From an uncultured Gammaproteobacteria bacterium (GTDB lineage: Bacteria > Patescibacteriota > Microgenomatia > JALYQM01), in assembly GCA_964535655.1 (NCBI GenBank), contig CAZHTP010000006.1, forward strand, positions 1,532 to 65,531: DNA of 64,000 bases. The letters run 5' to 3'. The notes beneath the pieces are model-generated. The model ran no database searches. It was not told the DNA's origin and worked only from the letters and a program-made list of their open reading frames with translations. This document shows positions 61,952 to 64,000 of the stretch, piece after piece (the stretch's first letter is position 1; every line of letters begins with the position of its first letter). Position numbers and translations under genes: made by a program.

Positions 61952-62964
61952 AATATTCCTGTATATTTTGCTAATGCCTGAACTATTGCCTGCGACAACA
62001 ATGGATGACTCAAAATTTTCTCATTCACCCAGACCGCCGAGCTCTTCAACCTATCCAATATCCCTTTAACCTTTTCAGGGCTTCCACCAGTAGACAACTC
62101 TGCGTTCAAGCTATCAATTAACTGAAGAACTTCGCTTTTGTTAGGTGTTTCCTGTTTTTGAACTTCCGATTTAATCTCATTAAACGCAATATTAATGTTG
62201 TGACTGTCGACAATAACAGGGCTGTAGTTACCTTTTGTTGAAGCATTTATTTGATTACCCATAATTTTTTGATACACGAATTCGTACGGAACTTTGATAC
62301 TAAATTCCGATTGGTCTTCGATGAATTTTATGCCTTCATTTTTAATTTTAATATGATGGTATCCAGCTGTACTTTTCGAAAAGCTTATTCGGTCATCATC
62401 ACCCAAAAACTCCACATTACGCTCCAAGGCAACTTTATCTACAGGGACAAAAATACCCAGCATTTCCAAACCGATAACTTCCTGACTTCCTATAGACCAA
62501 TAGTTATAAAGGGTGGTAAGTATTTGCCTACGTATTTGGTCATTTGTAGGAGAGCCGCCGAACATGATTCTTTGTGCAGTTCGCTTAAAGCCACCTTCTA
62601 GTTTAATACTGTACCCAAATCCATTTTCAGCTAAACCTTCAACACCTGTATTAAACATATATTTGAAACAAGTGTAGCCTTGATTTTGATATAAATTAGA
62701 AATTTTTTCGGGAAAGAATGGCAAATATGGAATCAGTGCCAAATAAGCCAGCTCTTCTTCATTTGAATTTCGGTAAGTTTGTCCTGTCGCGACTGCACGA
62801 GCAGTCCCGCTCCAACTAAAGGTTATACAACCTATACCTTCATCATTTTCATCATCAACACGATACATGAAACTATCGGAGGAATCCCCAGAGGAAGCCC
62901 GTGGATTATTTTCAACAGGGCGTATCGAATAGGTATGTGCACCATCACGTACTTTTACGAGCAT
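61948..62964 (-). CDS. Hypothetical protein, first gene of the operon
   Basis: 338-aa ORF. Four-bp overlap with the next gene. No recognized domain. Confidence 0.4.
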   Translation of the reverse strand: MLVKVRDGAHTYSIRPVENNPRASSGDSSDSFMYRVDDENDEGIGCITFSWSGTARAVATGQTYRNSNEEELAYLALIPYLPFFPEKISNLYQNQGYTCFKYMFNTGVEGLAENGFGYSIKLEGGFKRTAQRIMFGGSPTNDQIRRQILTTLYNYWSIGSQEVIGLEMLGIFVPVDKVALERNVEFLGDDDRISFSKSTAGYHHIKIKNEGIKFIEDQSEFSIKVPYEFVYQKIMGNQINASTKGNYSPVIVDSHNINIAFNEIKSEVQKQETPNKSEVLQLIDSLNAELSTGGSPEKVKGILDRLKSSAVWVNEKILSHPLLSQAIVQALAKYTGIL

Positions 62965-63214
62965 AGGATTAAATCTTAATTACACACAGGAACTTAATAA
63001 TTTGCCTGCATTATACAAAATCCGAAGATATCAATAGAAGGCCTAATTATTCCAACGAAAAGCATTAATTCTCAATTGCAAACCTAAACTTAATAACTCC
63101 CTCTACAATTCGACAAAACGACCACGGCATGTCTGACCTAACTATTTTCACTACTTAATGTATACACACACTGTAAACAGAGTTTTAAACCGCTTACAGG
63201 TATAAATTATCCTG

Positions 63215-64000
63215 TCATTTACAGAAGGAATTATAACCCGCACGGCATAGTGCCTTATAAAGCAAATCTATTGGATTAGCTGATGGGCGTGGTGTTGGTG
63301 CAACAGTAGGTCTTGGTGTTTTCGTGGGTTTAGGAGTTTTAGTTGGCTTTATAGTAGGCACGAATGTTGGTGTTGAAGTAGGAGTAACAGTAGGTGTCGG
63401 CGTTGGAGCAAGAGTTGGACTTGAAGTTGGAGAAGGAGTTACCACCTGTGTCGGAGTAGGTGTAATCGTCGGAGTTGGAGTCGAGGTTGTTAAATCATTT
63501 GGATTCCAAAGTACTGCATGAGCCTTACCTTCAGGAGTAAAGCTATATCCAACAATTTGCCCTTTGCTATTAATATCCTTTGCAAAACTGTCACTACCAC
63601 CAAGAGTGCCCAAATCAACCATATTTCCGTTTTTGATAACAAAAGCATGTAAAGCTCCACCCGCTTTTATTCGACTCCCCCCAACAATTACTCCCTCCTC
63701 GTTAATATCCATGGCATAACTATCATCGCCACCGAGAGTACCTAAATCCTGTACCGCACGATTTTCCCATAAAGCAGCATGAGGACTTTTGCTAGAAGTA
63801 TCTGAAATACCTACAATCTGATTTTTATTGTTGATACTCATAGCATAGCTAGAGTTAATGACTTTAGGGACTAATGTGGGAAGACGAAAAGCTTGACCAT
63901 TCTCCCAAATCACTGGATTACTATTCATTTCATCAGGATAGTTAGCATATCCAACTGCAATCTCTCCTTCATTTACACCAAGGGCAACACTATCAACTGC
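63215..64000 (-). CDS. HAF-repeat extracellular protein with Thr/Pro-rich linker. N-terminus lies beyond the window.
   Basis: Repeated G(T/S)LGG..S.A.DIN..GQIVG...HA. Frame remains open to position 64000. Confidence 0.6.
   Translation of the reverse strand, partial: AVDSVALGVNEGEIAVGYANYPDEMNSNPVIWENGQAFRLPTLVPKVINSSYAMSINNKNQIVGISDTSSKSPHAALWENRAVQDLGTLGGDDSYAMDINEEGVIVGGSRIKAGGALHAFVIKNGNMVDLGTLGGSDSFAKDINSKGQIVGYSFTPEGKAHAVLWNPNDLTTSTPTPTITPTPTQVVTPSPTSSPTLAPTPTPTVTPTSTPTFVPTIKPTKTPKPTKTPRPTVAPTPRPSANPIDLLYKALCRAGYNSFCK

Noticed and set aside
63324-63521. Plus-strand ORF of Gly/Val repeats inside the HAF-repeat gene
   Set aside because: Antisense to the Thr/Pro-rich linker of the minus-strand gene. 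A repeat artefact.
1-64000. CRISPR arrays, rRNA genes
   Set aside because: No regularly spaced direct repeats of 25-40 bp and no rRNA-like conserved segments were seen.

Overview
The window is low-GC and gene-dense, with many small unknown proteins, which fits a Patescibacteria/CPR-like or similar small-genome bacterium. It splits into three parts.

Housekeeping block (1-35.7 kb):
- partial ilvB, an ACT-domain small subunit, a threonine-synthase-like PLP enzyme fused to a LeuA-type regulatory domain, and RidA
- DinB
- an ABC-2 transporter
- a VanW-domain protein
- RND efflux pump adaptor and permease
- RarA
- HxlR
- LMW-PTP/ArsC
- frameshifted transaldolase
- an RluB/RsuA-type pseudouridine synthase
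- an Rpf-like transglycosylase
- a GT-C glycosyltransferase
- a 1286-aa SNF2-like helicase with a C-terminal sigma-70 region-4-like HTH
- VOC/glyoxalase-fold enzymes
- a UDP-glucose dehydrogenase frameshifted at an A8 tract
- MFS transporters

Accessory island (35.7-45.3 kb):
- DUF4332
- an Excalibur-domain protein
- a radical SAM/SPASM-like enzyme
- DUF1801
- a JAB/MPN metalloprotease-motif protein
- Fic
- a PIN-domain protein
- a GC-rich foreign patch
- DUF1428
- a TolB-like protein

Mobile region (45.3-56.5 kb):
- a 3' remnant of a large serine recombinase
- a frameshifted IS1-like transposase
- a minus-strand cassette of a nucleotidyltransferase, an APH-like kinase, a HAD hydrolase and a GT2 glycosyltransferase
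- an integrative module: XRE repressor, LITAF-like membrane zinc-ribbon protein, VirE/SF3-like ATPase, excisionase-like HTH and a large serine recombinase frameshifted in an A-run

Downstream of the recombinase lies a tightly packed 10-gene minus-strand operon (56.6-63.0 kb) encoding, in order, an unknown 338-aa protein, an NDT/DNPH1-like protein, a CDA-family deaminase, an HD phosphohydrolase, a DHFR/RibD_C-fold reductase, a MazG-like NTP pyrophosphohydrolase, a GNAT acetyltransferase, a histidine phosphatase, peptidase E and an AlbA_2/Schlafen-like protein. This operon is the best candidate for a previously undescribed nucleotide-modification or nucleotide-depletion (defense) system.

Other observations:
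- A ~97-bp nested-hairpin repeat family occurs in two copies.
- At least four genes have frameshifts, three at A-runs, which may reflect homopolymer sequencing error or phase variation.
- No rRNA, tRNA or CRISPR array was found.
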